Positions 50,093-64,000 of a DNA stretch of 64,000 bases are shown here, piece by piece (position 1 is the stretch's first letter; every line of letters begins with the position of its first letter). The stretch covers positions 8,742,001-8,806,000 of the forward strand of contig NW_027266297.1 of NCBI RefSeq assembly GCF_022045235.1. The letters run 5' to 3'. Both the position numbers and the translations under genes were made by a program. Under the pieces are notes generated by a model. That model saw only the letters and a list, made by a program, of their open reading frames with translations. It made no database searches and was not told the origin of the DNA. The DNA is from Haliotis cracherodii (Eukaryota).

Positions 50093-51779
50093 CCCATATA
50101 CAACAGAGTTACATAACACCTTTCATAAGTTACAAAGTAATTGGAAATAATTTCGTTACAAACACGTTTGATTTATGTACCAAGCTAGTTGATGTTGTAT
50201 TTGAGGGTCCTTAATGGACAGTAATAAAGACAATCTTTTTGCCAGAACATAAGATAAAGACCACTTCGGTATGTACTTGTTTCTGGCTTATCACTACCCA
50301 TGTAATAATTTTTAAGTTTTAACGGCGTGTAACACGACCGATAGTTTTGAAGAGAGTATTTTGATTTGTCGACCACAGGAAATGGTAAATAATTTGAACA
50401 TTTGTCATGAAAGAGTACCTGGTGCTGCTAGGTTTCGTTTTTTCATAAATTCCTGCTACGGACGGCCGAGGTCATGTGGTGGTCTATAGGCCATCTTACG
50501 TAAGACTACAGGATTTGTAAGCGCCGTATGTTTGGTGTGTAATCGGCTGTGGGGCAGACATCCTTCAAATTATGAACCTTTTACAACCTTGTTCAATTTT
50601 AGTATTACGCCAATAACCATTTTGACGGTTTCCAGTTCGATTCAGTGAAGAAGTATTCAAGTTGCAAAATTACACAATAAATAAATCGAATCTGTCGTAT
50701 CTTAGAAAATTCCAATTAGTATTAGCAGAACACTTTTTCAACTTTAATGAGAATATGCTTTTAATGGAACTATTTTCTCAGGTTTCCAATTGCATGCACA
50801 GATTTGTCCGTTGTTCTTCATGTTGAATTTGGAGTCCACTGTAGACATTTGCATGAAGATCGAGTTTGAGTTATCAGGTAATTAAATTTAGTTTGTGCAA
50901 TGTGGTTTTATTTCGATTAAATCTTCTAATAATATTGAAAGAAAACATTCGTAATGACGTCTAGATTGACATTGCTGAGATCGATCTGTCTCATTAACTC
51001 CACTTAATATTAATGTGTGTCAATTATTTCACGGCAAGAATACGATAATGACTTCTGACATTAATTTTCCCTGACATTCATCCGAAAAACAATGGTTTGT
51101 TTTAAACTTGTATTATCAAACATTTAAAAATGTACATTCACGGAAAGAAACAACCCCAGTTTCCGGTGTACCCATGGAACGCGACTCGGCACAGGGCACT
51201 GTGGCGCCTTAGACGACTACGTCACCCGTGTCCCACATTGTAAAGAATATGGTCATGGTTACATCCACCCATGTACATGTAATGTATCACTGCGTTTCGC
51301 ATCAGTTGCGTAGTAGTGAGTGTAGATTATAGTTCCAAAGTGACAATGAATATCATCATCGTCTCTATATATACATCATTTTGAACACTTGTGACATTTT
51401 TCATATCGGTTCAATTTTATGTTTCTGAACCTTTTTGCCACGGTTAAGTCCATTGAAAAAGTCACAAAAATGTTCCCAAATGTCACTCTGAACCTTTTGA
51501 CTTCTGGGAGATGACGCTTTTTCACAACTGAAGAAGGCTGTCTTTTAATTCAGCGAAATGCCTTAACGTATCAATCCAATACCATGAATAAATCCATGTC
51601 ACATCATGGGCCTACAAATATACACATACTCTCTCGGCCTTGTAATTTTCGATAAAAACATTTTTTTAAAGATTTTTAAATTTTGAATTTTTACCCGTTT
51701 CGCAAATGTTCACATTCTTAGAATATGTGGTTCTTTAGGAAAAGATTGTTTAAAGGCAATTTGATATTACTCGACCAGG

Positions 51780-52230
51780 CAGTCAATTAACTGATAGTAT
51801 GATCTACTGATGCACCGACAACGCAGACTCGATGTAACCACATAGTGAACAGGCTCAGACTATTACTTTAAGAAGAGGAGGAAATTATGTGGTCAAAGTG
51901 AGTCTTGGTAGTAACAATTACACGATTGTGTACGAAATTAGCTTAAAGCTCTTCGAGGTGGTCAAGACCACAGCAGAAATGTTTAAAAAATATGAACACA
52001 GGCGCTTCCTATTTTACACAGGTAAATCGTGGAGGTTTGAAGCCAAATCGGTTATTATTTACTAAATTGCTAAACACCAAGAGCGATGTCTTGTTCATTT
52101 GTATGGAACATGATTTAATAACAGTACTGCCTTGAACATGTACAAGCCTTCTACATAAGCCCACTGCTGCAACCAAACTGACAGTTCTCTTTTCCAGGAG
52201 GAGCATAAATCAACGAGTCATCAACACCTT
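51780..52230 (+). pseudogene. Crypton/DUF3504-type tyrosine-recombinase relic
   Basis: Broken frames give EEEEIMWSK*VLG, ALRGGQDH, NRGGLK, RCLVHLY, TAATKL and HKS in the order expected for Crypton recombinases. Confidence 0.55.
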
Positions 52231-52639
52231 ACTTCATTAACAAACAGCAAAAGTGTTGGCCAGAAGTTAATCATTTGCAACCTATCCTGTGTATTTATAA
52301 TTATACTTCAGTGTGGTCAAAGGTTGTATGCTGTGTACATTTCGGATACGCTTAACACAATTTACACAGATCAGGACATAACGAGGGGTGTTGGAATTGT
52401 TGGGAATAACGAACCCTAATGATGTCAGGCAAATATCAAGGCAATGTGCATGTCTATTTCTATTGTCATTGTGTCAAGAGGCAGAAATGCTGTTTCTTTA
52501 AATGAAGACTTAAACTCCGATAAAGACGCTATTTCCCTAAAATCAATAATGAATGTGTTCCTTTCTTCTAGTTTAAAAATTTTCAAATGTACGTTAAAGG
52601 CAACCTGTCTGAGGGACCCTTTCTTCACAGATTGTTTTC

Positions 52640-53040
52640 CAGTACCATGGGAACAATATTCCAGCAGCCCCAGCATTTGGTGTTCACATTTCACAACTTT
52701 TGAGATACAATCGGGCATGCTCTTTCTAAGGAGATTTTAAAGAACGCGATACGACTTTTTCTAAATAAAGGTTCCAAACATACAAGGCCTTAGTTTAAAA
52801 GCTTTCCCAAAGTCTTATGGTAGGCATTTGTAAGACATTTCCAAATCTGTCTAAAACTGTCCAATGTTGTCCACTGCAGTTGTCTAGTTTGGCTTGTACC
52901 ACACGTTCCCGTGCCTGTTCAGATGAGTAATTGACATGCTATTGCACGTGCGTGTGACTGGGGCCCTGGATTGGGCCTCTTAGCGAAAACCTGTTACCAT
53001 GCTTCCGATATCGTCGAAATCGTACAATGATATCAGCAGC
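52640..53040 (+). mobile_element. Naiad-type PLE fragment
   Basis: NIPAAPAFGVHISQLLRYNRACS, then a decayed 3' module. Confidence 0.75.
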
Positions 53041-53118
53041 AGTTTATGGGTTAATACCATGAGTACAGTACAGAGAATCCTCGCTAAACAGAAACCTGTC
53101 CAGTGGTAAAACCTCTTA

Positions 53119-53316
53119 TGTTGATTGGTTTGTTGTTTAACGCCGCACTCAGCAATATTCACTCAGTGATTAATATCATGAGCATCGATCCATGCAATAG
53201 GGATCGATGACATGCATCAACCAAGTCAGCGAGCCTGACCACCCGATCACGTTAGTCGCCTTTTACGACAAGCATGGGTTGCTGAAGACCTATTCTACCC
53301 CGGATCTTCGCGGGTC
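53119..53316 (-). mobile_element. SINE-like family D, single-hairpin head variant
   Basis: 5' gacccgcgaagatccggggtagaataggtcttcagcaacccatgcttgtcgtaaaaggcgactaac; internal deletion near the tail. Confidence 0.85.
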
Positions 53317-53751
53317 TATATATAGAAACGTTTCATACATACTAACGGGAAAAGTAACTGTGTTTCATATAAAGTTCAATAAGAACAGATTATTCTGAAA
53401 TGAAATAACGCAACTGTCAATACATATTCATGAAGACATCTTTGAGTCAAAACCCTTGTGTAGACGAAACCGATTGCCACACAGTGGAAACCAATCTGCG
53501 ATTAAAATAACACCACTTGGGGTCGTCTCGGAGACCAATGAAACCTCCGAGAGACCAAATCGGTCGCAGTCAGTCTTTTGTGACCGCTCTGAAACCTTGT
53601 ACCTACCTAAGTGAAACCTTTCAGAGACCCCTGAAACTTATTGCGATTGTCAAATATCTTGGTCGCCAGGAGGTTGCATCGCGGTCGCATTGTCTGTGTG
53701 ACTGAGGCTTTAGGTACTAGATTTACGATGACTTGTGAATAGATTCGTTTT

Positions 53752-54432
53752 GGGCCTGTCAGCCTGTCATACACTACCGATGTGCCTCGCCGGAACTAAA
53801 CCGGGGCACAAAATTAACAACGGCGAGAAAATCGGCGGAGCTCTGGCGAGAAAGCACGAGAAAAATCAACATTGACCGTAGCCATACCGATGTAGTTCCG
53901 GCTTTCCCGTTGTTCTATAATTGTCCTACCGATGTAAGAGCCGATGTGCTACCGTATACCACTTTCTATTCTGTCACTTTAGTGTTACCGATGCGCCGCC
54001 GATGTTATACCGATGTACCACTGTTGACCCGAGCTATAGCGGAGTGATACCGTTGCGCTGCCGATGTGACGGTGGAACTCCGGTATCACATCGGCGGCGC
54101 ACCGGTACTACTTCGGTGGTATTCGGTAGTACGACGGTAACACATCGGTACCAGTACGGTACACATTGAGGCCACCGGAGAGCCGCCTATCAATTCCGGG
54201 GCGCTACTGATGCACTACCAACGAAGCCATACCGGAGTACTGCTGTTGTAGTCGCGTTTGAAGCATGTTGCTTACGTTTTCTCCGATGTACTAACGATGT
54301 TCTGACGATGTACTACCGTTCTTAGCGATGTGATACCGTTGGGCTGCCGTACTAGTACCGATCCCCGAAAATCGCCAAATATTTGCTCCGGTATAGCTCC
54401 GGCGACCCAAATCGGCCGGGTGTGACAGGCCC
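53752..54432. mobile_element. MITE with TIRs and inverted internal taccgatg subrepeats (PIF/Harbinger-like)
   Basis: gggcctgtca... / ...gtgtgacaggccc termini; many taccgatg motifs and their reverse complement catcggta inside. Confidence 0.65.
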
Positions 54433-57400
54433 TTAAGTTAACACATTTTCCATAGTTATATGTACTTTGTGCTATGACATATGAGGACCAAAAAACATTA
54501 CTCAGCTTCAAGTAATCAACGCACCTGTCATATGATAAACCTTCCAATGACACCTTGCCTGATGAATATGTCAGGGAAAAGGCAGGGAAACTGAAAAACA
54601 GTGCTACAGCAGGTTTCCTGAGCGGATGGACAAAGCACGTTGTCTCACAGACGTAGACGAATATCATAGTGAAAAGTCCAAGCAGTAATGTCAATTGACA
54701 TATACGTCACATAAAAACATGATAAATCCTTATTAGGCAGATGGAAATATTTTGATATAAACATAATTAATTAGGTAGTCAAGTTAGATTAGGAAAAGGG
54801 CCGTATGTGCTGATGGAGGCAAACAGAAACCATATACGGTCCTCACTGTCTCGCGAACGTATTAGGTTTTTGAAATTGCCAAATAGCATGCTGTCAGGGT
54901 CAATTTGCTGATGCAAGCATTAGCAACAAATAGCTAAAAGCAGCAGTGATAGGGAAAATCTACAAATTTTAGCTTTGAAGAATTGGCACGGGAGCTATAG
55001 AAATACCGTATCCGGTCCCTTCAATATCGAATACGAATTTGAGAGGATTTAGCTGTCTATCTCTCTGCTCGTTAGCAGAGCAGATTGCCACACATGAAAC
55101 GAAAGGGTGTAGGGATGGTGATGGTATTGCACATCCAAACTGGCAAGTGCCATATCAACGTAATGCTATACTCTTGATCGAATCGTGCTCGCTTTGTTTT
55201 TCCGTCCAACTTGTTTCCATAAAAATCAGTTTTTCTTGTCAGAAAAGTCAAAAGTTTGTTTTTATTCAGAAGGTTGGGTTGCAGTAAAGGGATGAGCAAA
55301 TGTTATTCGTGAAGCTGAATGTAAATATAAGCAGCTTAACGAACGGAAAGGATGTTTATTCAACAGTGGGAACATGATACCAGCGAGATTCAAAAATCGG
55401 AACTGCTAGACTGTTTCTTTCATTAAGTCTTCGAACAAACAACTGAGGTGCAATTTTACTTATATAAAGGCTGATATGTTTATCATGTTTCCCCACTGAA
55501 TAGTGGACCCTTCATCAATGATTTTGCTCAGAGGTGTTAACATTACAGATTGTTGTTCTTCAATCATGCACAACCTGATTAGCTTTTCACACTTCAATGT
55601 ATATCTGATGTACAGTGTTTGATATTAAACACCAACCATGATCTACACCGCCCATGTTCTCGTCAGATACGATAGCGTTTGAAACATATGAACTTTCTAT
55701 ACTAGTACGTTTAGACACCATAGGGAATCCATATGAACTGGTGTCCAAACACAATACGTACACACTAAATATATGAAAAGATCTCTGCAACCCTGTGATG
55801 TGGAGAACGCATTCCTAATCTGATCACATACATACACTGCATTGAACCGAGAGTAGAGAGATTACCTGCTACTGTGGATAATGATTATCAACAATACTAT
55901 TGGCTCGGAGCAATTTGATGATCTTTGACTGAAGTGTCATGATAAAAAATGACCCCCAATTCAACAAACATTGGATGGTGTGTTTTAGCGTTAGGTTTTG
56001 ATTCCGAAACTGTCAACTTTCAAAGCAATATCCTCAACCTTTTCAACTTCAGTTCAACCTAAAAAGTTAGATCAAAGTATTTTTAGCTGTTTGATTTCGT
56101 TTGATAAGAGGCTTTTTCTTTGGTGAGAATCCTTTTTTCAAGAACATGATACGCGTCTAATTTTTACAAATAAATATGGTGGTAGCCTTTGTTACGATCT
56201 CAGTAATGTCAAGTTTTCTACTGGTGCATGTGCCTGGACAACTCTTATATTTAAATTGTTAAGATTCTGATTGAGTCCGCTAAGTCACCCAAGATTCAAA
56301 ACATATTTGTGTCATCATGAAATAGCTCTTGGTGAGTTCTTTTAACACAGTCGCTTGGAACAGTATATCAGTTTTTATGGCGTGTCAACTTACATTCAAC
56401 GAAAACCCCAATTGATCCAGGTCTTAGGTGATTAAAGATGACAGAATAAACCTAATCACCACACTCGTTCACAATACGAAAGCGGCATATCTCCCTTGTC
56501 TGATAGGAAACGGTATTCTATTAATCCCCCGCATTCTCAGACATAAAGTTACAAGGAAATTGGCGTCACAACGTGAAACCTCTCCTTATTCTAAGAGGAT
56601 TTAGTAATGCTCAGAATTTTATGGAAACAAACATGTTCTCCAAAGTAGACAAAACCCATTCGTATTCTGTTTTGTCATAAATTATGATGATGACTGTCTT
56701 AAAAATGATAAACTCATATACATTCCCGATGAAAGAATGTCTATCTTTAACGTAGCTTGTATTGACATTACTAAAGCATCCAATCATGTGTGCATCTTAT
56801 GCTTGGTGCTCAAAAATGTATTATAATTTGCTTTGAGTGCATTGGAACATATATGCTTCATTCCAAACCCACCACAAAGTTATTTTGCAATTGACAAATA
56901 TTTTTTAGACCTGCATGGCACATTCAGCAGATTATATAAGATATATAATTATAGAGTTACGGTTAGCCTTTTTCCATCACCTGCAAGCTGTTGACTTAGT
57001 TATATAACCTTAAATTTCAATCAATCTCGATAACCCGCGGAAACTGATTCCAGGCGTGAATGTCACACTAGCAGTGAAAAGTATGTGAATGGATCAATGA
57101 CAACCAGGTATGACACCAGGTGTTCGCGAACCGGTAGCAGCCGCAAGGGCATGTGTATATGAATCATTATTAGAAACTGATGACACCAGGTGTTTACGAA
57201 AAGATGAGCACATCCTGCCTTACCGTTGGCAGCCGTCAAAGCGACAAAAACCCTTTCCGTGTCCACAAGAAATCTGTGCTGAATAAAGGTTGATTGGATG
57301 ATTCCGACTATATCATGAGCATGTGTTTATGAGTCATTAGCAAATGTAGTAGCCTTGGCCACGGTTGATTGACGGTTGAAGTCTTTTGATGTTGATGGCT

Positions 57401-57499
57401 TCTTGAATTTTTCGGAATTTGAAGTCTTTGAGGTTGGTGGTCAGGGCTTAGACTTTGTCTTAGACTTTGTCCCACTGGATGCTGTGGCTTTGGTTGTCA

Positions 57500-58100
57500 C
57501 GGATATGGTCTGATAGAGCCAATTTAGAGTCATTTTGGGATACTGAACTTTGATGTTCTTTAATTCGGGTTTTGAGGGGCCTAGATGTTTCGCCTATATA
57601 AGCTTGTCCGCAATTGCACGAATGTGGTACACTGCTCCTGATGGTCCTAGCTTGTGGCTGGATGGTGGTTTTCCTATGGCTTTAATTGTGTTCTAAATGC
57701 TGTAACTCCCTTTGAAAACTACATCAATGTTGTCCTGTTTCTTTAAGAGCCTAGATTTTGTGTCTAACAGTTCCAAAGTAGGACAGGCTGATCACAAAGG
57801 GTGCAGATTGTGCAGACGTGGATATTTCTGTGGTTGTACTGTGTGAACACTTGATTGAGGTGGTTAAGTCCAGTGGCAAGATGTTGATTCGTAGAACAGA
57901 TGTTGTGCGCTCGTCTTGTTAGAGTTGAGATGATTCCTTTCTTGACTTGGGGTGGATGGTTGGAGGCAAAGTGAAGATATTGATCTGGTTTCCGATAAAC
58001 AGTGGTCTGGAGTTTATTGTTGTGGTCTTTCTGTACAAGTACATCAAGTGAGTGTAGTTGATGATTGGCTTCTTCTTCCATGGTGGACTGCATTCGTGGG
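57500..58100 (-). mobile_element. Canonical Penelope-like element relic (RT thumb + C-terminal GIY-YIG)
   Basis: TMEEE..LHSLDVLV..TTVYRKP.DQYLHFASNHP..K.GII..L..RA..IC, then GAVYHI..YIGETSRPLKTRIKEH at about 57550-57640. Confidence 0.85.
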
Positions 58101-59829
58101 ATTTTGGAGTTTAGGTAGTCCAGTAGGGTTTTGGGTTAAAGGAGGCGGGCTTTGACGGGGTCTTTATGAATTGTTTAGAATTTACTTAGTTCGTTGAAAG
58201 GTGAGTGTATCCAGCCCCGACGGTGGCTTCCGTCACAAATATACATGCAAAGTCAAGTCGATATAAACTTGTAAATCCACGGGAAAATATGGTAAAGTAA
58301 AAATGACCAATTGACTCAGTATGTGTCTAACTGATTCAATTAAATGCTGGACAATTTTGGTCAAAATTTGATCAGTTGTGAAGAAATGTGTAAAGTGGAT
58401 GACGTCACTAAACAAAAGTGCATCATTTAATGTAGAAAACTATTCGTAACTCTATCCCACATCGACATTGTTTCAGCCATATAGCGACTATCCCACATAG
58501 TGCTGCGTAGGTATTATTGCATAGCGCTTGAGATGCTGACGAAAACCAGGACTACTGAAGCAGTTTTTGAGCAAACGAGAAAAGACAAGGCTGCAGTCTG
58601 TAATAAGGTTAGAATACTCCGAGGTGTAATACACAATAGTCAGGTAACATATGATGAGTTGGACACGAAATGTAATGAGATCCAAAAAGACATAACAGAG
58701 TCTCTTTCTTGTGATTCGTGATGACCTTTCGACAATAAAAGAAACACACAAGACTGTGCAGTCGAATATTGAGAACGTTTCAGGCCGAATAACTGATCTT
58801 GAGGACACAATGGAGTCCATTCAAAAATTTCTTTACTGATATTTTTAGTTTTCAATACCAATCAGTACAAGACTGAACTTGTAATGAGCTGCACTTTTCT
58901 AAAAAGTCATGTAATCTAATTCTTTTTAGAAGCAGTTAATCTTGAAATGAATGTAGTTCTTATGGCGGGCATCTTCTAATGTTGATGTTTGATGCAACAA
59001 CGTGTACTCACTAAACAAGTCGGATATCACGACCGCCACTGTATTATTACAGCGTGTGTTTTTACCAAGGGGTCGTTTTGGCGACAGTGTACAGCACTGT
59101 GCATTAGAAGGTTGGAAGAACCTGCAGTCTCCCATCCAAACATAAAGTTACTGTACAAATCACCCCCACTAGAATCTCTCGTCGTTTTATGTCCTGAGTT
59201 TAGTGTTACAGGTTAACATGTAGATGAACATACATGTGGTCATAATCTCTATTTTTCCAAATTTGACAACTGGGTGGAAAAGCGAATCATCGTTGTGGAG
59301 GGGTTAGAAGCTGCCTATAAACATGTCCGCACCTTCAATAATGTCGCGCTATTCAGTCCTATAGGGAACGATACTGAAACCCGCAATATTAGTTGATAAA
59401 GAAGATTTTATCCATAAGTTATGTGAACAAGCTAGCAATAAACTCGCCGTCCCCATGAGATGCATCCGCCAATTTCAAGGAAATGCCTATCAAACAATTT
59501 AAATCTAAAACAGTGTCATCGGAATGTGATGACATTACTCATATGCATAGTGTCAGGTCTGTATTCATTTGGGTTGAAATATTTTCATACTTTTCATTTT
59601 ATACCTTTACAGAATAATCTACTCAAATTGTGTTACCAGCACTATGAAAAGCAAAAGTTGTATGTTCGACACACATCAATGACGACATTGGTTGTCAAAC
59701 AGTCGAGGGCAATTAGCAAGTAGATGTTGATTAGTTACGGTGCTTGACTTAAATGCACAAACTGAAAACGAGGACACAGAAATGAAACATGCATATTCTG
59801 ACTTGGACAGCTGTCATCAAAAGTCTGCC

Positions 59830-61415
59830 TGCCCAACCTGAAAAAATTGTAGTCGTCACCATCAACAAGGCCTCAAATGAAATAACCATTATATGTAAGC
59901 ATCATTAATTGGTTGATCAAAGAACTTGGTGTAGGTGACATATGAAAGAATGCCACATATTAGGTCAGAATGCTAACAGAGGAATAAATCTGCCCAAACC
60001 ATCCAACGTTTGACTTGACGCTAAAACCTGAAGACATGTCCATCCCTCTTTTGTACAGGATTCCATAGCGCCATAAAAATCCCTCCAAAGATTTACCACC
60101 AAACGTTCCACGAAATCCCTGTTTCAAAGGTTAACCATAATCCGTAATAGAACCAAAGAACGACTTTCTTTAAATTCACATAAAAGTACTGAGACAAGTG
60201 GAATTAATACCATGCAGATTCAAAGGATTGCTTGACTTTTTTACAATCTCAGAAAGGAGCCACGTTCATTCGAATTAAACATTGATATTTCAACTTTGTA
60301 CACCACTATCCCACATGAAAAACGTAAGAAAAAATTCATTTCTTGATCCATGGGACTTAGATATATAGTTATAGTAACTTTTATATTTCTGTATTCAGAG
60401 GGGGCATGTCTATGGCGCCGCGATTCGCTGTGCAGAGTTGCGTCCATTGGGCACGCCAGAAACCTATGATTGTGGGTTCGAATCCCGGATCGCCCCGATT
60501 ATGTTTCTAGGTTTGTCAGCACCATACCCGTGCTCGTAGGTTTCACCGAACTGGTAAACGTCTGAGACCTGCATCACTTTGGGCTTTCCTTCCACATTAA
60601 GCTGACACGCCGTGATGTAACTGGAATACTGTTAAAAATTATACCAAACTCACTCACTCACTCTGTATTCAGAGGTTCAGGTCATTTAGTTAAAAATAAA
60701 GGCGAATGCCATCTGAAGTTTACTAACAAAACAATATGTGAAATGCTTGACTTCCTCATTGGTAACATCTATGTAAAATTTGGGGGTAAGACATTTTGGC
60801 AAGACAACAAGTAGTATCCCGATGGGCACCAATTGCGCTCCAATTCTTGCGGATCTATTTCTTGATGCATATGAATTGGCATTTCTGCTCTGATTGGCAT
60901 GGTCATAACAAGGTAATTTCGCCAAGAAATTTAACTTTGATCTATACATAAAGGTTCACAGTGATACGACACTTTCCACAAGACTATATGACAAAAGGGA
61001 TGACTGCAACTTTCCGATAGTCAACTTTCCCTTCATGTCGAGCAAAATTCCAGCAGCTGCAGCATTTCACAACTTTTGAGATACAATCGAGCATGCTCTT
61101 TCTACCAACATTTCAGAGAACGTCATACTTTTGCACAGAAGTTGTTACAACATTCACGGCCCCAGTCGAGCGTTTAAGAGATTTTATGGTAGACTGTAGG
61201 GGACATTTTGACAAATTAGTGACAAAAATGTTGTCCTATGAAATTCCCTATTTTGACTTGTGTCATATGTTCCTGTGTTGTTCAGGTGAATAATTGACTT
61301 GCCTTTGCATGTGTTTGTGACGGGTGCCACTGTAGGGCAGGAAACGCTCACATTTTCGCGAACACCTGATAGCATCACAATTTGATAATGATTCATGATA
61401 TAGTCGGAGTCGTAT
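59830..61415 (+). mobile_element. Naiad-type Penelope-like element, long decayed RT region + 3' module
   Basis: Collinear remnants VVV..NKASN..LIKELG, IPLLY.IP..HKNP, D.STLYTTIPH, IPMGTNCAPILADLFL.AYE and RLYDKRDD.NFPIVNFPFMSS.IP; no GIY-YIG after the RT. Confidence 0.8.
60402..60661 (+). mobile_element. SINE family B inserted in the Naiad-type RT
   Basis: 14-bp TSD tctgtattcagagg (60388-60401, 60662-60675). Confidence 0.9.
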
Positions 61416-61729
61416 TTTTTTGTTTATTTTCATTGTTGTTAGTTGTTAGATGTTCAACGCTGCTAATATCGTAACTGCAGACGACACTATTCTGTAGTTA
61501 TGTGTTGGCTTTGGTTCTTTGAGTATACATTTTCTATACTCTGTTATTACTAAGAAGAAAACACAAGTAAGCAGTGCGTGACTGTTATCTATAACTGTCA
61601 AATGCATGCTACATCACAGGTGTTGTTCCGTACGCCTGGGGGCAAGGCATCATAAACCTCATACCTCAGAGTCACTAGACATAACCAAGTTGCCCATTAT
61701 CATACAGTGGTAACCTTGATGTCTTTGAT

Positions 61730-63185
61730 ATTCATGCTGATCATTGTTGAGGAGCAGAACGGGTTTAGAGGTAGAAGCACCATGTGTCAACTCTCAACGT
61801 TAACATCAAGCGAAGAAACTAGAACAAGAAGAAACTGACTGTCTACTCTTGCTGCTTTTATTGATTAATCAAAACCTATGACTTCGTTGATCGATTTATC
61901 GTGTTGACAAAGCTTGACGACCTAGTGGTAAAAGGGCTGTGGTGTAAAACAGGGTTGCTTGTTGTCACCTCTCCACTTCAGTACATACCAACGCTTTTGT
62001 CATCACACTTCAAGTTCAAGTGCGTGTGCATGTTATTGTACGCTGATGACATTGCGCTTTTGGCAGATAGTGAAGGTGAAGCTAACCTTCAAGTTTTGTT
62101 GTCTTAATATATTATGTGATTTTATTAACATTAGATACTCGTTAATCAGGCGGATGTTGTACATTGTCCGTCCATGCAGTATCAAGAACTGTCTCGATTT
62201 TCATATGTGGGTGCATTATGTTCAATATTTTATACAGATTACGTTGAGATGAACGGATAGATTTTAAAGTGACGGCAGCACATCTGCCAGTAGTGCACTG
62301 GGTCTCGTTATGAGTAAATGCAAGATGGGCTGCTTAAAAAAGCATTAAACAAGCTCTATTTTTCGTTAGTTTACCCTGTAATAACGCATGGAGTCGCAAT
62401 AAGGGGTACTAAATTGTGTAGTGTTCTAACTAAAGTACAAAATCGACCGTGCACATTATTATTATGTGTAGGGAAAAGTACACCCATTGCTTTAGTAAAT
62501 GGGGATATTTGCTAAGTTCCGCTAATTGTCTCTCAGTGGAAATCAGTGAGGACATTGGCTGAGATTGATCAACATGAATCACAGGAGACTAAATGGAGGT
62601 ATGGTTGGAGGTGTCAATGAAGACACTGTGAGAACTGGCATTTTAATGTACATGGCTTTTTTGAACCAAAAGCTCACAGCTTACTGTGATGTAAGCGATT
62701 TTATAATTCACGTGTTTCGTTTTATTGTAATAAATCTAGTGAGTCAGAGTCTCAACATAATGTACATACATGTAATATTGAAGATTTCGGACCTACCGCA
62801 TGTTCAAAGCTGTATATAGTGTAAAACATTTTGCAGCCACATTAAGCCTAGGCATTATCGTAGAGCCAAGTTCAGTGGTGGAGCTTGTCCTATTGGCATA
62901 GAAACAGGTGCTATGAGAACATTGATAATTGTGTAAGATGAGTTTTTTTCTGAAAGGCCCTACATGTGTACGTATTGGATTGTTTAGCAATACATTTTAA
63001 TGACGAATGTGGTGTTTTGCTTAGAATACAAAAGTTCTGTTTTTTACCTTTAATACTCCCCAACTCTTTGGAATATGTTATCTCGACGTCGAGCATTGTT
63101 ATATTCTTAATGCCTATGCAGGTAACTTCTTTATGATAAAATGTATATGCATAGCCCTATATGTGTTTTAAAGTGAATAAATTGT
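61730..63185 (+). mobile_element. CR1/L2-group LINE RT relic
   Basis: IVEEQNGFR..ST, AFID.SK.YD, LLYADDIALLA and KVQNR.C..LL.V.K.TP motifs; ends near gaataaa. Confidence 0.75.
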
Positions 63186-64000
63186 TGATCATACGGTGAG
63201 GCTTTAATAAAATATGTCAGTCGGTTTGTAATTCCAAAATCATCCGGAATGAGTAAACTAACGGAAAATCGGAAAGCTAATTAGAATCAGTCGATTTCCA
63301 ACAATGAACAGATAACTGCATTACATATTTCAGGTTGTTCTCTTTGTGGTTGTAAACGTGAGTACCTATTACACATCATGTTTTTTCCTTATCTTTGATT
63401 AACGAGTATATTTTAATTTCAAACAATTAAAATAAATAGCTGCACCTTATGTTGTTGATAGGTCAGTGAAGTCGTTAAATATGGGTCATCGGACCTGGAC
63501 CGTTATCTATGACTTAATATTTAAAAGCATTTTTGATCACAATCATGATGGTTACAATCGTAATTTTACACAGATGTGAAACAGAACTTGTATTTCGTCG
63601 CATGGCAGAAGTACTGCTGTGCGGCGTCAGGCAAAAAAACTTACTTTTTCATGCAAGTGGGCAGGGCATGCTTACACTTGACGCAAACATTTGGTGTCAC
63701 CACTGATTTCCAGTGGTCCATATAATTTAACAGCTGTTTTACTCTTTACACCAAATGCTTCGGCGGATAATCATTAGTTATTATCTTGTTTTGACATTTT
63801 ATATTGTATTTCGCCCTTGCTGCAGCTGAAGGTTTGACCACCAGTCGCCATGAAACATTAAGTTAACAGTATTATAACAATATTTTAATTGTCTGTACAT
63901 ATGCATATTTGTGTATATATGGAAACGTGAAAGTAAAAAAGAAATCTTATCATAATAGTCAGGTTCTGTTAATGTATATCTGTAGTAGATCAGTCACTCG

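Noticed and set aside
50400-50560. THAP-domain remnant (FHKFP-like)
   Set aside because: Only one short motif; the flanking Cys/His residues could not be recovered in frame
58480-58830. Coiled-coil-like ORF as a host gene exon
   Set aside because: Short, stop-interrupted, with no convincing splice partners; more likely a decayed transposon ORF1

Overview
Repeat-rich, AT-rich animal genomic DNA with two assembly gaps. The SINE and Penelope repertoire suggests a mollusc, possibly a gastropod such as abalone (inference). The only supportable host gene is a 5'-partial rhodopsin-class neuropeptide-type GPCR on the + strand. It has three phase-consistent exons (8346-8441, 20394-21091, 32910-33254; about 379 codons from mid-TM2 to the stop) separated by two introns of about 12 kb; the N-terminal/TM1 exon was not found in the window. 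The rest is a mosaic of mobile DNA: four SINE-like families (three tRNA-headed, one with a non-tRNA, highly structured head), three of which share one 3' tail; decayed Tc1/mariner copies and MITEs; two R4/Dong-type non-LTR copies; Penelope-like elements (one canonical RT+GIY-YIG relic and many Naiad-type fragments); a CR1/L2-type LINE; a Crypton-like relic; and a 2.56-kb 62/65-bp minisatellite. The two most unusual items are (i) a TSD-flanked tandem-plus-inverted element built from a 297-bp Pol III-type unit (7.0-7.55 kb) and (ii) a SINE-like family whose 5' end is a compact structured RNA, a candidate self-cleaving or LINE-5'-derived motif, instead of a tRNA promoter.
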